Below are positions 1 through 10,100 of a DNA stretch of 25,247 bases, piece after piece. The position numbers and the translations under genes are program-made. The DNA comes from a virus (Duplodnaviria > Caudoviricetes): the IMG/VR virus record IMGVR_UViG_3300017766_001146, positions 1 to 25,247 of that record; one strand, 5' to 3'. Positions within the stretch are counted from its first letter, which is position 1, and each line of letters starts with the position of its first letter. The notes under the pieces were generated by a model. It ran no database searches. It saw only the letters and a program-made list of their open reading frames with translations, and was not told the DNA's origin.

Positions 1-1
1 A

Positions 2-751
2 GAAACACCGAAACTCAGCGTACAGGATCATATTAAGGAAAAAGCACACAGACTTATTTGTTCTTTGGAATTAGAAATTGATTCTTTGGCAGAAGCACTG
101 AAGAACAGTAAGAAGCATTCTTATGATCTTGTAGATTGGTTCAAGCGACACGAAGTAAAAGCCGCTCAAGCGGATTTCATTTCTACTCATTTCCAACCCC
201 GTCTAGATGACATCAATTTGGCTCTAGACGGAGACAAGGATATGAAAGAAGCGTACTCTTGGTTGTCCAAACCAAGTCTCAGAAAGTACGCGGACTTCTA
301 CACAGAGATCATCACTCTTGCCAAGGAGCAGGTGAGCGTAGCGAAGACCAATCGCAAACCTCGCAAGAAGAAGCAAAAGACTCCAGAGCAACTGGTGTCC
401 AAGATGGTTTATATGAAAGAGTTTGCAGAACTCTCCATCAAATCAATCAATCCTGCGGAAATAATTGGTACAAACCGACTTGTGGTGTATAATACAAAGA
501 CACAAGTTGTTGCTGTATACAACTCATCAGAACTCTCAAATGGTTTGAGTGTAAAGGGAAATAAGATTCTCAACTACGACATCAAGACATCTACCATGAA
601 GAAGGTACGCGATGCCAAGAAGTCAGTCAGTAAGTTCTTGGGTGGTATTCGTGCCATCAACAACGCATTCAGCGAGATCAAGACCAAGGAAAAGCCAGTA
701 AACGGTAAAGTAAACGAGCACTGCATTATTCTGCAAGCGATTACAAAATGA
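2..751 (+). CDS. Conserved hypothetical T4-like phage protein, 5'-partial
   Basis: The frame is open from position 2 (ETPKLSVQDHIKEKAHRLICSLE...), so the TTG at 65 is not the true start. Lys-rich linker (RKPRKKKQKTPEQLV). Overlaps rnh via ATGA. Confidence 0.75.
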   Translation, partial: ETPKLSVQDHIKEKAHRLICSLELEIDSLAEALKNSKKHSYDLVDWFKRHEVKAAQADFISTHFQPRLDDINLALDGDKDMKEAYSWLSKPSLRKYADFYTEIITLAKEQVSVAKTNRKPRKKKQKTPEQLVSKMVYMKEFAELSIKSINPAEIIGTNRLVVYNTKTQVVAVYNSSELSNGLSVKGNKILNYDIKTSTMKKVRDAKKSVSKFLGGIRAINNAFSEIKTKEKPVNGKVNEHCIILQAITK

Positions 752-1584
752 TTCTGATCGACAATACACAAATTCTTATTGCCAGTATCTTTTCACAATA
801 CAAGAATATCAACGATGTGTCAGAAGATGTTATTCGGCATATCGTGATCAATACCTATCGAATGTACCGAACCCGCTTCAAGGAAGAGTATGGGGATCTT
901 GTCATTTGTCAGGATTCTGCTAATCCCTGGCGCAGAGACATTTTCCCACACTACAAGGCAAATCGCAAGAAGGCTCACGATAAGGATAAGGAGCAGTGGG
1001 ATAAGATATTTGAAATCTTGACCAAGATTCGTCAGGAAGTTTTTGAAAACTTCCCGTATAAGAATATGCGAGTAGAACGCTGCGAAGCGGACGATATTAT
1101 CGCAACTCTTGCCAAGAACTTTCATCAACAGGAGAAGATTCTTATTGTGTCGAGCGATAAGGATTTTCAGCAGTTGCAGAGGTTTCCCAACATCTATCAA
1201 TTTAGTCCCATTCATAAGGACTTTTTGAAGTGTGAGAATCCACAGATTCATCTTTTTGAGCATATTCTCCGTGGTGATACTGGAGATGGTGTGCCAAATA
1301 TTCTGTCCGATGATGACACTTTTGTAGACGATACTAAGCGTCAGAAGCCACTTTCTACGAAGAAGGTAAATAATTGGAAGTTTTATGGTGTTCCAAAAGA
1401 ACACGAAAGAAACTACGACAGGAACAAAAACCTAGTAGATCTTGCATACATACCAGAGGAGATTGAGCAAAATATTCTTCAAGAATATGCTCTACCATAT
1501 GCAGGAAATAAAGGTAAGGTTTTTGAATACCTTATCAAAAACAATATGAAACTTATTCTAGAAAGCGTCGATGAGTTAATATAA
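748..1584 (+). CDS. rnh: RNase H / 5'-3' exonuclease (T4 Rnh, FEN-like)
   Basis: Motifs MILID, WRRDIFPHYKANR, EADDIIA, SSDKDFQQLQ and GDTGDGVPNILS are typical of the T4 RNase H / 5' nuclease family. Confidence 0.95.
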   Translation: MILIDNTQILIASIFSQYKNINDVSEDVIRHIVINTYRMYRTRFKEEYGDLVICQDSANPWRRDIFPHYKANRKKAHDKDKEQWDKIFEILTKIRQEVFENFPYKNMRVERCEADDIIATLAKNFHQQEKILIVSSDKDFQQLQRFPNIYQFSPIHKDFLKCENPQIHLFEHILRGDTGDGVPNILSDDDTFVDDTKRQKPLSTKKVNNWKFYGVPKEHERNYDRNKNLVDLAYIPEEIEQNILQEYALPYAGNKGKVFEYLIKNNMKLILESVDELI

Positions 1585-2015
1585 TGAGAACACAAGCAGA
1601 ATATATTGGAGAGATCTTCTTACATACGGCAAAGTTACAGACAGAAGAAGAAAAAGTAAATTACTTAAAATCTGTTCGTTGTCTTCCTCTTCTTAAAATT
1701 TTAGAATTTGCTTACAATGACAAGTATACTACTTCCTATACTGATGTACCTGAATACGAGACAGATGATTCTCCCATCGGTTATAGTCTCAGTGGACTAC
1801 ACAAAGAGTACTCTCGTCTTCCGTACTTTTTCAACACCCCCCATTACATACAAAACGATCATTCTAGAAATAGAAAATTAAGAAACATTTTTGAAATTAT
1901 TCATTGGACAGAAACTCCAATTCTAGAAGCATTGATTCTTAAAAAAGAATTACCTAATATCAATAAAGAACTAGCAAAGAAAGCATTTCCAGAACTTTTT
2001 CAGGAGAGTGAGTGA
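1584..2015 (+). CDS. Conserved hypothetical protein commonly found after rnh in environmental T4-like phages (DUF6433-like)
   Basis: TAATG coupling with rnh. Pattern 'EI....K.....EKV..L...' near the N-terminus and C-terminal 'I.K.L.KKAFP.L'. Family recalled from memory. Confidence 0.6.
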   Translation: MRTQAEYIGEIFLHTAKLQTEEEKVNYLKSVRCLPLLKILEFAYNDKYTTSYTDVPEYETDDSPIGYSLSGLHKEYSRLPYFFNTPHYIQNDHSRNRKLRNIFEIIHWTETPILEALILKKELPNINKELAKKAFPELFQESE

Positions 2016-2206
2016 TGGGTAGAAGTTTTAGAAGAGAAGAGTCGGATGAGCGTGATCGCAAAAGAGTAAGAAAGCATTCCAAGAAGAATCACAGAAATCA
2101 GGACAAAACTCATTTGAGAGAATATACATCTGGAAATCTTTCCAGTGATGACTTTTTAGATCTTGAGGAGGAAGAAGATGAGCGAAAAGGAAAACCCAGA
2201 TTCTAA
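2012..2206 (+). CDS. Small charged hypothetical protein
   Basis: GTGA overlap with the upstream stop, GGAG upstream, basic N-terminal half and acidic C-terminal half. Confidence 0.6.
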   Translation: MMGRSFRREESDERDRKRVRKHSKKNHRNQDKTHLREYTSGNLSSDDFLDLEEEEDERKGKPRF

Positions 2207-2720
2207 TTTTACAGACAAACAAAAAGAACTCCTCCGAAAAGCAAATCAGAAGTATTCTGAATTTTTGTTGAATAAAATTCAAGATGAAAAGGTTAAAGTA
2301 AAACCTTCTAATATTATAGAAAAAGCAAAATCTTTTGCTACTTCTATGGTTTCTAGAGGGATTACTAATAAGAAGTGTAGTGAAGATACTAAACTTCTTC
2401 GTATTTTAAGTTGCCACGGTGATGGAACTTCTTTGATGCCTTGCTCTGAAAGAAAAGCAAGTACGAAGTATTCTGAATCATTTTACTGTGGTGCTTGTGG
2501 TTGTGGTGATAAAAAGGGCACACAACTGGTAAATATTACCATAAATGGACAATCAGAATATTCCAAGTTAGATTATCCCAAGGTTTCTTGTCCTTTGAAG
2601 ATGCCTGGGTTTACCGATTATACTCCATCTGAAAACGGTGTTAGTGAGAATAATCGTAAGAAAGAGATTGAAAATCGTTACGGTATACAGTATATTGAAC
2701 AACAAAGCAATCCTCAGTGA
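2178..2720 (+). CDS. Cys-rich hypothetical protein (putative metal-binding)
   Basis: ATG at 2178 preceded by GAGGAGG. Contains C..RILSC...PC...YCGACGCG...SCPL. Confidence 0.65.
   Translation: MSEKENPDSNFTDKQKELLRKANQKYSEFLLNKIQDEKVKVKPSNIIEKAKSFATSMVSRGITNKKCSEDTKLLRILSCHGDGTSLMPCSERKASTKYSESFYCGACGCGDKKGTQLVNITINGQSEYSKLDYPKVSCPLKMPGFTDYTPSENGVSENNRKKEIENRYGIQYIEQQSNPQ
2668..2696 (+). promoter_or_regulatory. Putative sigma70-type (early) promoter upstream of gp45
   Basis: TTGAAA (2668-2673), 17 nt spacer, TATATT (2691-2696), about 40 nt before the gp45 start. Confidence 0.45.
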
Positions 2721-2735
2721 TTGGAGAATTATATT

Positions 2736-3422
2736 ATGACTACAGCGACCTCTATGAAAATTTCCAAAAAGACTCTAGACATCCTCAAGAATTTTGCGTC
2801 AATTAATTCCAACATTCTTGTTCATCCTGGCAACAAGATCACCACTATTTCACCTGTGAAGAATGTCCTTGCAGAAGCAACTGTGGAGGAGACATTCGAT
2901 ACGGAGTTTGGTATTTGGGACTTGAACAAGTTCCTTGGAGTTGTTTCTCTCTTCAACGATCCAGAGTTTGAGTTTGAACAGAAGTATGTTCGTATCAGTG
3001 GCAGTAATGGTTCTGTCAAGTATCACTACTGTGAACCCAAGTTGCTCACTGTTCCTAGTAAGAAGATCAACATGCCATCTACTGCGATCAGTTTTACTCT
3101 GACACAGAAGAAGTTTGCAGAGTTGCAGAAGGCAGCATCTGTTCTTCAGGTGTCTGACATTTCTGTAAGCAACGATGGCAGTCTCATCAGTATGACCGCT
3201 CTCGACAAGGCAGATGTAAGTAGCAACACCTATTCGATTGGTGTTGGACAATATAGTGGTTCTAACTCTTTCGAGATGTTCTTCAAGATTGAAAACCTCA
3301 AGTTGCTTACTGGTGACTACGATGTTGAAATCTGTGAGAAGGTTGTAAGCAAGTTTAGCAATCAGTCAATGAATCTCAACTACTGGATTGCTCTGGAAGC
3401 AGACTCTAACTTCAACAAGTAA
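2736..3422 (+). CDS. gp45: DNA polymerase sliding clamp (gp45)
   Basis: MKISKKTLDILKNFASINSNILV...FGIWDLNKFL...YWIALEADS is typical of gp45. ATG at 2736 after GGAGA. Precedes gp44-gp62-regA as expected. Confidence 0.95.
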   Translation: MTTATSMKISKKTLDILKNFASINSNILVHPGNKITTISPVKNVLAEATVEETFDTEFGIWDLNKFLGVVSLFNDPEFEFEQKYVRISGSNGSVKYHYCEPKLLTVPSKKINMPSTAISFTLTQKKFAELQKAASVLQVSDISVSNDGSLISMTALDKADVSSNTYSIGVGQYSGSNSFEMFFKIENLKLLTGDYDVEICEKVVSKFSNQSMNLNYWIALEADSNFNK

Positions 3423-3426
3423 ATAT

Positions 3427-4374
3427 ATGATTACCGACAATGCAAATTACCTGTGGGTGGAGAAGTATCGCCCACAGCGGATTGCCGATTGTATTCTTCC
3501 CGATAGCCTCAAGAACACTTTTCAGGAGATCGTAGATTCTGGTGAACTCCAGAATCTTCTCCTTTCTGGTGGACCTGGTTGCGGCAAGACCACAGTAGCA
3601 AAGGCACTCTGCAACGAACTAAACACGGATTGGATTCTGATCAACTGCTCCGAAGACGGAAACATCGACACACTGCGAACAAAGATTCGTCAGTTTGCCA
3701 GTAGTATTTCCATCTCTGGAAACAAGAAAGCGGTGATCCTAGACGAGTTTGACTATGCCAACCCACAGTCCATGCAACCCGCTCTTCGTGGGTTTATGGA
3801 GGAGTTCTCCAAGAACTGTAGGTTCATTCTTACTTGCAATTTCAAGAATCGAGTGATTGAACCCCTGCACTCTCGTTGCACTTGCATCGACTTCAAGTTT
3901 GACAGCAAGGAGAAGATGAAGTTTGCATCCAAGTTTATGGATCGTGCAAAGTTCATTCTTACTTCCGAGAAAGTCCAGTTTGATGAAAAGGTTCTTGCAA
4001 AACTGATCGTCAAGTATTCTCCCGACTTCCGAAGACTGATCAACGAACTACAGCGGTATTCCCGATCAGGTTCTATTGATGTTGGTATTCTGTCTGAAGC
4101 GGGTGATATTGCGGTCGAAGAACTTATTAAGTCTATGAAAGGTAAGAACTTTCAGGATGTTCGTAAGTGGGTGACGATGAACTTGGACAACGATACTTCA
4201 CATATCTTTCGGAAGATGTACGATGCTTTACAGGAGAACTTGGAACCTTCCAGTATTCCTCCTGCCATTCTGATTATTGCCGATTATCAGTATAAAGCAG
4301 CGTTTGTTGCAGATCACGAGATTAATCTCACTGCTTGTATCGTTCAGTTGATGATGGAGTGTAACTTTAAATGA
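3427..4374 (+). CDS. gp44: Clamp loader large (AAA+) subunit (gp44)
   Basis: LWVEKYRP, Walker A GGPGCGKTT, Walker B ILDEFD, PLHSRC (SRC motif), PDFRRLINELQ. Likely start is the ATG at 3427. Confidence 0.97.
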   Translation: MITDNANYLWVEKYRPQRIADCILPDSLKNTFQEIVDSGELQNLLLSGGPGCGKTTVAKALCNELNTDWILINCSEDGNIDTLRTKIRQFASSISISGNKKAVILDEFDYANPQSMQPALRGFMEEFSKNCRFILTCNFKNRVIEPLHSRCTCIDFKFDSKEKMKFASKFMDRAKFILTSEKVQFDEKVLAKLIVKYSPDFRRLINELQRYSRSGSIDVGILSEAGDIAVEELIKSMKGKNFQDVRKWVTMNLDNDTSHIFRKMYDALQENLEPSSIPPAILIIADYQYKAAFVADHEINLTACIVQLMMECNFK

Positions 4375-4751
4375 ACTTGACGGAATATCTTAATTCCATC
4401 AATTATTCTAAAAAGAACTTGATGGGTGATACGGATGCAGAGAAGTCTTATGCTCCGTATGTGATAAATCGGTGTCTGTCGTATTTTCCCGACACTCTTC
4501 TACATGCCAACGAGATGAATCGTCTGAACTTTTTGGACAAGAAAGTTCAGTATGACTACTATCTTGGGTCCATTCGTGCTCGTAAACGCTTCTCTAAATG
4601 GTTGAAGAAGGAGGAGGATGACGATATAGAACTAGTGAAGAACTACTTTGGATACTCCGACAAGAGGGCCAGAGAAGCGTTACGAATTTTGTCCAAAGAA
4701 GACATTTCAAATATTAAAAAAGAACTGAATATTGGCGGATCTCGCAAGTGA
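4371..4751 (+). CDS. gp62: Clamp loader small subunit (gp62)
   Basis: YLNSINYSKKNL, Y.PYVINRCLS, ANEMN, RKRFSKW, YFGYS..AREAL. ATGA overlap with gp44. Confidence 0.93.
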   Translation: MNLTEYLNSINYSKKNLMGDTDAEKSYAPYVINRCLSYFPDTLLHANEMNRLNFLDKKVQYDYYLGSIRARKRFSKWLKKEEDDDIELVKNYFGYSDKRAREALRILSKEDISNIKKELNIGGSRK

Positions 4752-4758
4752 TGTTTTT

Positions 4759-4766
4759 TATAAATA
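4759..4766 (+). promoter_or_regulatory. T4-type late promoter (gp55-dependent)
   Basis: Exact TATAAATA in the gp62-regA intergenic gap, upstream of regA and the structural island. Confidence 0.7.
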
Positions 4767-4786
4767 CTAGGTTAAATCTAGTATTT
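4762..4786 (+). terminator. Stem-loop overlapping the late promoter (possible terminator or regulatory hairpin)
   Basis: AAATACTAG-gttaaat-CTAGTATTT is a 9-bp perfect inverted repeat, followed by TT and the regA Shine-Dalgarno GAGG. The stem is AT-rich and therefore weak. Confidence 0.35.
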
Positions 4787-4799
4787 TTGAGGAAACATT

Positions 4800-5201
4800 A
4801 TGTCCGCATTATCGGTAGAAAACTTATTAGAAGTTACAATAAATGAGCAGGATGATTTCCTCAAAGTAAAGGAAACGCTTACTCGTATAGGAGTATCGTC
4901 AAAAACAGAAAACAAACTTTGGCAATCCTGCCATATTCTACACAAGAAGGGTAAGTATTACATAGTCCATTTCAAGGAGTTGTTTCTCCTTGATGGACTT
5001 TCTTCTTCTATGGACGAAAATGATTTAGCAAGAAGAAATACTATTGCCAAACTGCTAGAAGAATGGGGATTACTAAAAATAGTAGACTCTCATAAGATTA
5101 AAGACCTGCAGGCTGGAATTAATCAAATCAAGATAATTCCACACAAAGAAAAACATAATTGGCAACTCATTCCAAAATATCATATAGGAAAGAAAAACTA
5201 A
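4800..5201 (+). CDS. regA: Translational repressor RegA
   Basis: DDFLKVKETLTRIGV...QSCHILHKKGKYYIVHFKELF.LDG...RRNTIA.LL.EWGL...KY.IG. Confidence 0.97.
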   Translation: MSALSVENLLEVTINEQDDFLKVKETLTRIGVSSKTENKLWQSCHILHKKGKYYIVHFKELFLLDGLSSSMDENDLARRNTIAKLLEEWGLLKIVDSHKIKDLQAGINQIKIIPHKEKHNWQLIPKYHIGKKN

Positions 5202-5582
5202 ATGCTTTCTGGAATACACGATATATTTGCTGAACAGAATTCTCAATACAGTATAACCTTTCAAAGAGTTACTGCTGATGATGTTGCTATTCCTGTTACA
5301 GAAATTGTACACTTCATAGTCAGAAGATCTTCTTTGCCACAAGATAAGAATATGTTCGAAATCAAATCAAGTGGCGATATTGAAGAAGGATATGTGTCTT
5401 TTCCCGACACAGATTATTCTTACGGTACAGTGACAATTTCAAATAATTCTATTACAATTAATATAACTAGTAAGACGATGGAAGTAGTTCCTTGCGGATC
5501 CTATTTTTATTATCTCAATCTAGTAAATGGAGAGGAAACCGCACAACTACTTAAAGGTAGATTCTATGTGGAGGCTCCGTGA
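5202..5582 (+). CDS. Virion structural beta-sandwich protein, possible fibre collar/anchor (BppU-N or T5 p132/LtfC-like)
   Basis: Pattern 'DI..EQ.S.Y.ITF...G.V.I.I....T...G.Y.Y.L.L......LL.G.F.V.' resembles small fibre-attachment proteins. First gene of the island. Confidence 0.45.
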   Translation: MLSGIHDIFAEQNSQYSITFQRVTADDVAIPVTEIVHFIVRRSSLPQDKNMFEIKSSGDIEEGYVSFPDTDYSYGTVTISNNSITINITSKTMEVVPCGSYFYYLNLVNGEETAQLLKGRFYVEAP

Positions 5583-5698
5583 ATAAATTAAAAATCATAG
5601 AAAAGGTTAGACCAAAGATAATACCTGTTAGGTCTTTGACTAATACTTTTAAAATAAAACAACAAACGGATAAAACATCAATAGTTTATACGAGGTGA
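5579..5698 (+). CDS. Small 39-aa ORF (MNKLKIIEKVRPKIIPVRSLTNTFKIKQQTDKTSIVYTR), not in the ORF track
   Basis: GTG start overlaps the upstream TGA (GTGA), GGAGG Shine-Dalgarno just upstream, and the ORF fills the gap to the next gene. Confidence 0.55.
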   Translation: MNKLKIIEKVRPKIIPVRSLTNTFKIKQQTDKTSIVYTR

Positions 5699-5703
5699 AG
5701 TAA

Positions 5704-6693
5704 ATGGCTAAACAAAACTACATTATAAAAAACGGTGTAGCGCAGCCATTTCCAATACCAGAAGCAGCCCGTCCCACCATATCAGAAATGCGTGAGGTGT
5801 TGGGTGGTTATGATCAGCAGGGAGTACTTCTACCTAATTCTGCTATTATTACGGATTCCGAATCTAAAGTAGATGTTTTACGCTGCGGTACTTTGTACGC
5901 AGACACTATAGATGGTGTAGTAGTTGATATACCCGAAGAAGAATGGACAAATACAGCACCTACAAATATAACTGTAGGTGGTTTGTTGTCAAATGCAAAT
6001 CTTGTCGGATTATCTCCTACAGAAATTCTGGAAAGAATACTGTATGCATTTATTCCTGCTTCTGTCAATACATTTAATCTTGGTAATAATTTATCATTAT
6101 CCAACGATATTGGAACTAATTTGGGAGGATCGACTCCTACATTTGCTATAAACATAACTAATCCATCCAGTTCTACTGGATTGAATATAACATATAGTGG
6201 TGCCGCTTCTGGTACTTTAGTTACGGGATTGTCTCCTACTGTTAGTTCGTATGCAGCAACAATACCATCATCTTTTGTTTCAAATACTCCTGGCGCAACA
6301 ATTACGGTCACTCTTACCGCAGTTCAATCTAATTCGGGTTATTCTTCCGCTACTTCTTCAAGAAGTATAAGATGGTGGAGTAGAAGTTATTATGGTAAAT
6401 CCACAAATAGTAATTTGGCTGATTTTAATAGTTTGAGTGTAGGTGGAAGCAAAAGAATAGAAACAACTGGATCTGATGGTATGACTGCTGAAATCGGTGA
6501 ACTTGTTGGTGGTTATGTTTATTTTTTCATTCACAATAGTAGAAATTTGGTGTCTATTTTACAGGGTCCTTTGGATGCTACTAATGTTTTTAACAATTTA
6601 GCACCTACTACAATAAATGATATTACTTATAAAGTTTACCGTTCTCAGCAGATATTAAATGGAGAAGTAGATTTTACTGTTAATACGACTTAA
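5704..6693 (+). CDS. Putative virion structural / fibre-associated protein (Ig-like beta domains)
   Basis: S/T/G/N-rich beta-type sequence, 'EILERILY..P.V..F', 'W..RSYYG', 'YKVYRS'. GAGGTG Shine-Dalgarno. Confidence 0.55.
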   Translation: MAKQNYIIKNGVAQPFPIPEAARPTISEMREVLGGYDQQGVLLPNSAIITDSESKVDVLRCGTLYADTIDGVVVDIPEEEWTNTAPTNITVGGLLSNANLVGLSPTEILERILYAFIPASVNTFNLGNNLSLSNDIGTNLGGSTPTFAINITNPSSSTGLNITYSGAASGTLVTGLSPTVSSYAATIPSSFVSNTPGATITVTLTAVQSNSGYSSATSSRSIRWWSRSYYGKSTNSNLADFNSLSVGGSKRIETTGSDGMTAEIGELVGGYVYFFIHNSRNLVSILQGPLDATNVFNNLAPTTINDITYKVYRSQQILNGEVDFTVNTT

Positions 6694-6696
6694 TAT

Positions 6697-7092
6697 ATGG
6701 CAATAGAAGGAACCATCACCATACCCTCTCCTATAGCACCAACTTCAGAGTTGGATACTTATCCTGTTACATTTGCAAAATATGGTAAGGGAGGATTGAG
6801 GAGTGTTTTAGATATAACAGAAAGAGATGGTATTTCTGATGCCAGAAGAGAAAAAGGTATGTTGGTTTATGTGGAAAATGAATCGAAATATTACACCTTA
6901 ACAAATGGAATTACAAATAATGATTGGCAGCAAGTAACTTTAGTTAGTGCCGATTCTAATGGAAATATACATATAAGTGGAAATCTTATTGTTTCTGGAT
7001 ATGTACAAACGAGCACAGGTGTACAGGGTGATCCCGATTCTGATGTCGAATATCTAGGAAATGATATGAGTATGGATTGTGGTACTTATTAA
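6697..7092 (+). CDS. Small fibre-associated protein ending in MDCGTY
   Basis: 'GKGGLRSV....ERD.I...RRE.GMLVYV....YY.L..G..N..W' module typical of phage fibre-associated proteins. C-terminal ~40 aa is homologous to that of 12109..12996. Confidence 0.55.
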   Translation: MAIEGTITIPSPIAPTSELDTYPVTFAKYGKGGLRSVLDITERDGISDARREKGMLVYVENESKYYTLTNGITNNDWQQVTLVSADSNGNIHISGNLIVSGYVQTSTGVQGDPDSDVEYLGNDMSMDCGTY

Positions 7093-7114
7093 TTTACAAT
7101 AAAGGAATTGAACT

Positions 7115-10100
7115 ATGGCAGGAACAGGTAATCTAATACTTAAGCGCGGTACAGGTATTCCATTCAACAGTGATGACGCCTCTCCTATTCTTTTTAGAGG
7201 AACACCCGCGGTTCAAATAAGTGGATTGAGTAATACTAGTGATGGTAGTGGTAGTTCTGGAACCACGCTAGGACCATATGCAGTAAATAATTATGCAAAT
7301 CGTTTATGGATGGGTATGAAAGGTTATGGTCTGGGAACAGGAAATGATACTGGAACGGCCACTCCTGAAGATTTTGAAGGTTTAGGAATAACTCCTTTGA
7401 GTATGAGTGGAGGTACTACCACAAATACTGATGAATATACAAGACCTCTGTGGATGGGTGCAGAAATTAGAGCATTTACTCCTATTAAAAAAGATGATAG
7501 TGATGCTTATCATAGTATTTTAAAAGCAGATTGGGATAGGCCTTCTGATTATGTTTTGGTCACACAACAGGCTATCGCATTTGCACCTAATAGAATGTGG
7601 GCATTAGGTACTCCTTATGATTTTAATGGGGCTCAGATGGGTGGCCCTATAAGAAAATATGTAGAATTTGCTGTTCCTTCACATACAAACAATGAACAAG
7701 AACCGTGGAGTATTTCGGGTAATCAATACCATAAATCTAAAAAAATAATATATCCTGTAGTTACTCCTTCTGATGGTCAGACACTTGTTGTTGCACAAAA
7801 TGGTGTAAATACTAGTGATTCTGAAGTAGATGTAATAACACTGGAATGGGCCCAAGGAGGTGGCGGAGGAAGTAGCCTCACATTAAACGGAGACTCGGGT
7901 ACTGCTAGTGTTGCTGATACTACAGAAACAATTGTGTTTTCTGGTGCTTCTGGTATTAGAACATTAGTTAGTTCAGTCGGTTCAACTAATAGAGTTTCTG
8001 TTGCCTTGGATATTGATGAATTACCGCAAAGAACACCAATATTAAATGATAGTATAGTAATTACTGATAGTGCAAATACAGATGTAGTCAATAATAGAAC
8101 TACTCTTACAAACATAAGAAATTTAATCAGAAATAATTTAAATATTACTGATTTGAGTAGTAGTGCTACTATCACTGATGGTGATACTCTCATAATAGAT
8201 GAAAGCGGAGTAACTAAAAAAGCAACTGTTGGTGAATTGGTGGATTGGATAGGTAGTGCTGGCAGCAGTCATGTTGCTGTAAGTAATACTGGTCAAACAA
8301 CAATCAATTCTTCTGTAGTCACTAATGCTATGCTTGCCACCGCATCTACGGCCGCTACTGCGAATAATGTGGCTTTAAGAGATGGTAGTGGTAATCTTAT
8401 AGCAAATCTTTTTGATGGTCCTTCCTTGAAAGTAAAAGGAACAGCAACCACCACTGGTACTGCTCACAGAATTTTGTTTGCAACAGATAGAGCAAGTGAT
8501 AATATGACTGTTGGTTATGATAATGTATCCAATCTTCAACCTTTAGTGTATGATGCTGTTAATAGTAAATTAATTGTTCAGAATTTACAAGTTATTGGAA
8601 CAGAAGAAGTAACGACTAAGTTGAATGTGAGTGTAGCAACTCCAGTATTTACATTAAATTCTGATTTACCTGTTTACTCTAATACAGCAGACGGTACAAG
8701 TCAGACGACACCTAGCGAAAATGCAAGAATTATTGTTAATAGAGGTGCCGAAGCAGATAGTGAATTGCGTTGGAATGAGACTACAGAAAAATGGGATGTA
8801 GTCGCTACCAATAAATTTACTAATGCAATAACACAGATTCAGAGAACCACCACAACAGGTGTAACTGTAACTTATACTTGTGGTATAAGTAGACCATTCG
8901 ATGTATCTGAATATATTTCTATTTCTGGCTTGACAGCAAATAAGCACTACAATAATCTATGGAAAGTTAATACATCTACTATTGCTGATAATCCAGTAAC
9001 TGCCTCCAGTGTTGGTGTTCTTAATTTTACGGAAAAAACAGTTAATTATTCCACCATAACTGTAAATCAAAATACACCATCCACAGGAAGAACCCAATTT
9101 GTCGTTACGCATAATTTTACTTATGCTATGCCAACAGGCTCTCAGAATATTACAATAACCGGCAACACTACATCTACTATAAACAATACTTACAACAGTG
9201 CTAATGTTAGTGCTTCCACTTCCACTTCTCTCACTTTTGATGTATTGACTGCAACTTATACTGGATTAAGCAGTATTTCTGGTGCAAATGTAGCAAGCGC
9301 AAATAATCCCACGGTTGTCAGTACTGCTAATGGTGCATCAGCAGAAACAATAACTACCAATTTAAATTGTGATCTTGTTGGTGTAAATTCTTATCCAATT
9401 ATTTACGGTGACGGTAATGTAACGGGAGCAGCCGTAGGTACTGGTAAAACACAATATATTGATAAATTGGTAGTTAATAACTTGACTATGGCAGGAACTT
9501 GGAATTTACAGTCCACCATAACTACTGATTTGGATCTTGTAAATGGTGGTCTAAGATTACCAAGAAGCACTACAAATCCTCCAGTTGGTGTCGTTTCAGA
9601 TGAAGGAAGAATATTTTGGGATACAGATAATGATACTCTCTATGTTGGTACTGCTAGCGGTACTAAAACTTTTGTAGACACAGATAGTACTCAAACGCTT
9701 ACTGGTAAGACATTAACTTCTCCTACTATTAGTGGTACTCCAGTGATCTCTGGAGGAAGTATAAACAACACTACTATAGGTGCTAGCACCGCATCAACTG
9801 GTGCATTTACTACTTTATCTTCTTCTGGGTTAACTACTGCTGCCAGTTTAAGTGTTACTGGTAATGCTACTGTTACTGGTAATGCTACTGTTGATGGTGT
9901 TGCTACTTTTAATGGTAATGTAAGTATAGGAAACCAGACCTCAGATACTATTACTTTAGGTGGCTCATTCGTCACTGGTACTGTATTGAGAACACCAAAT
10001 GCAAATAACACTACATTAAGTATCGCCGCATGGGATACAGATTCAACTGCACAATATAGAAATTTGTTGACTGTCACCTCTGGAAGTGTTCCATCTATTG

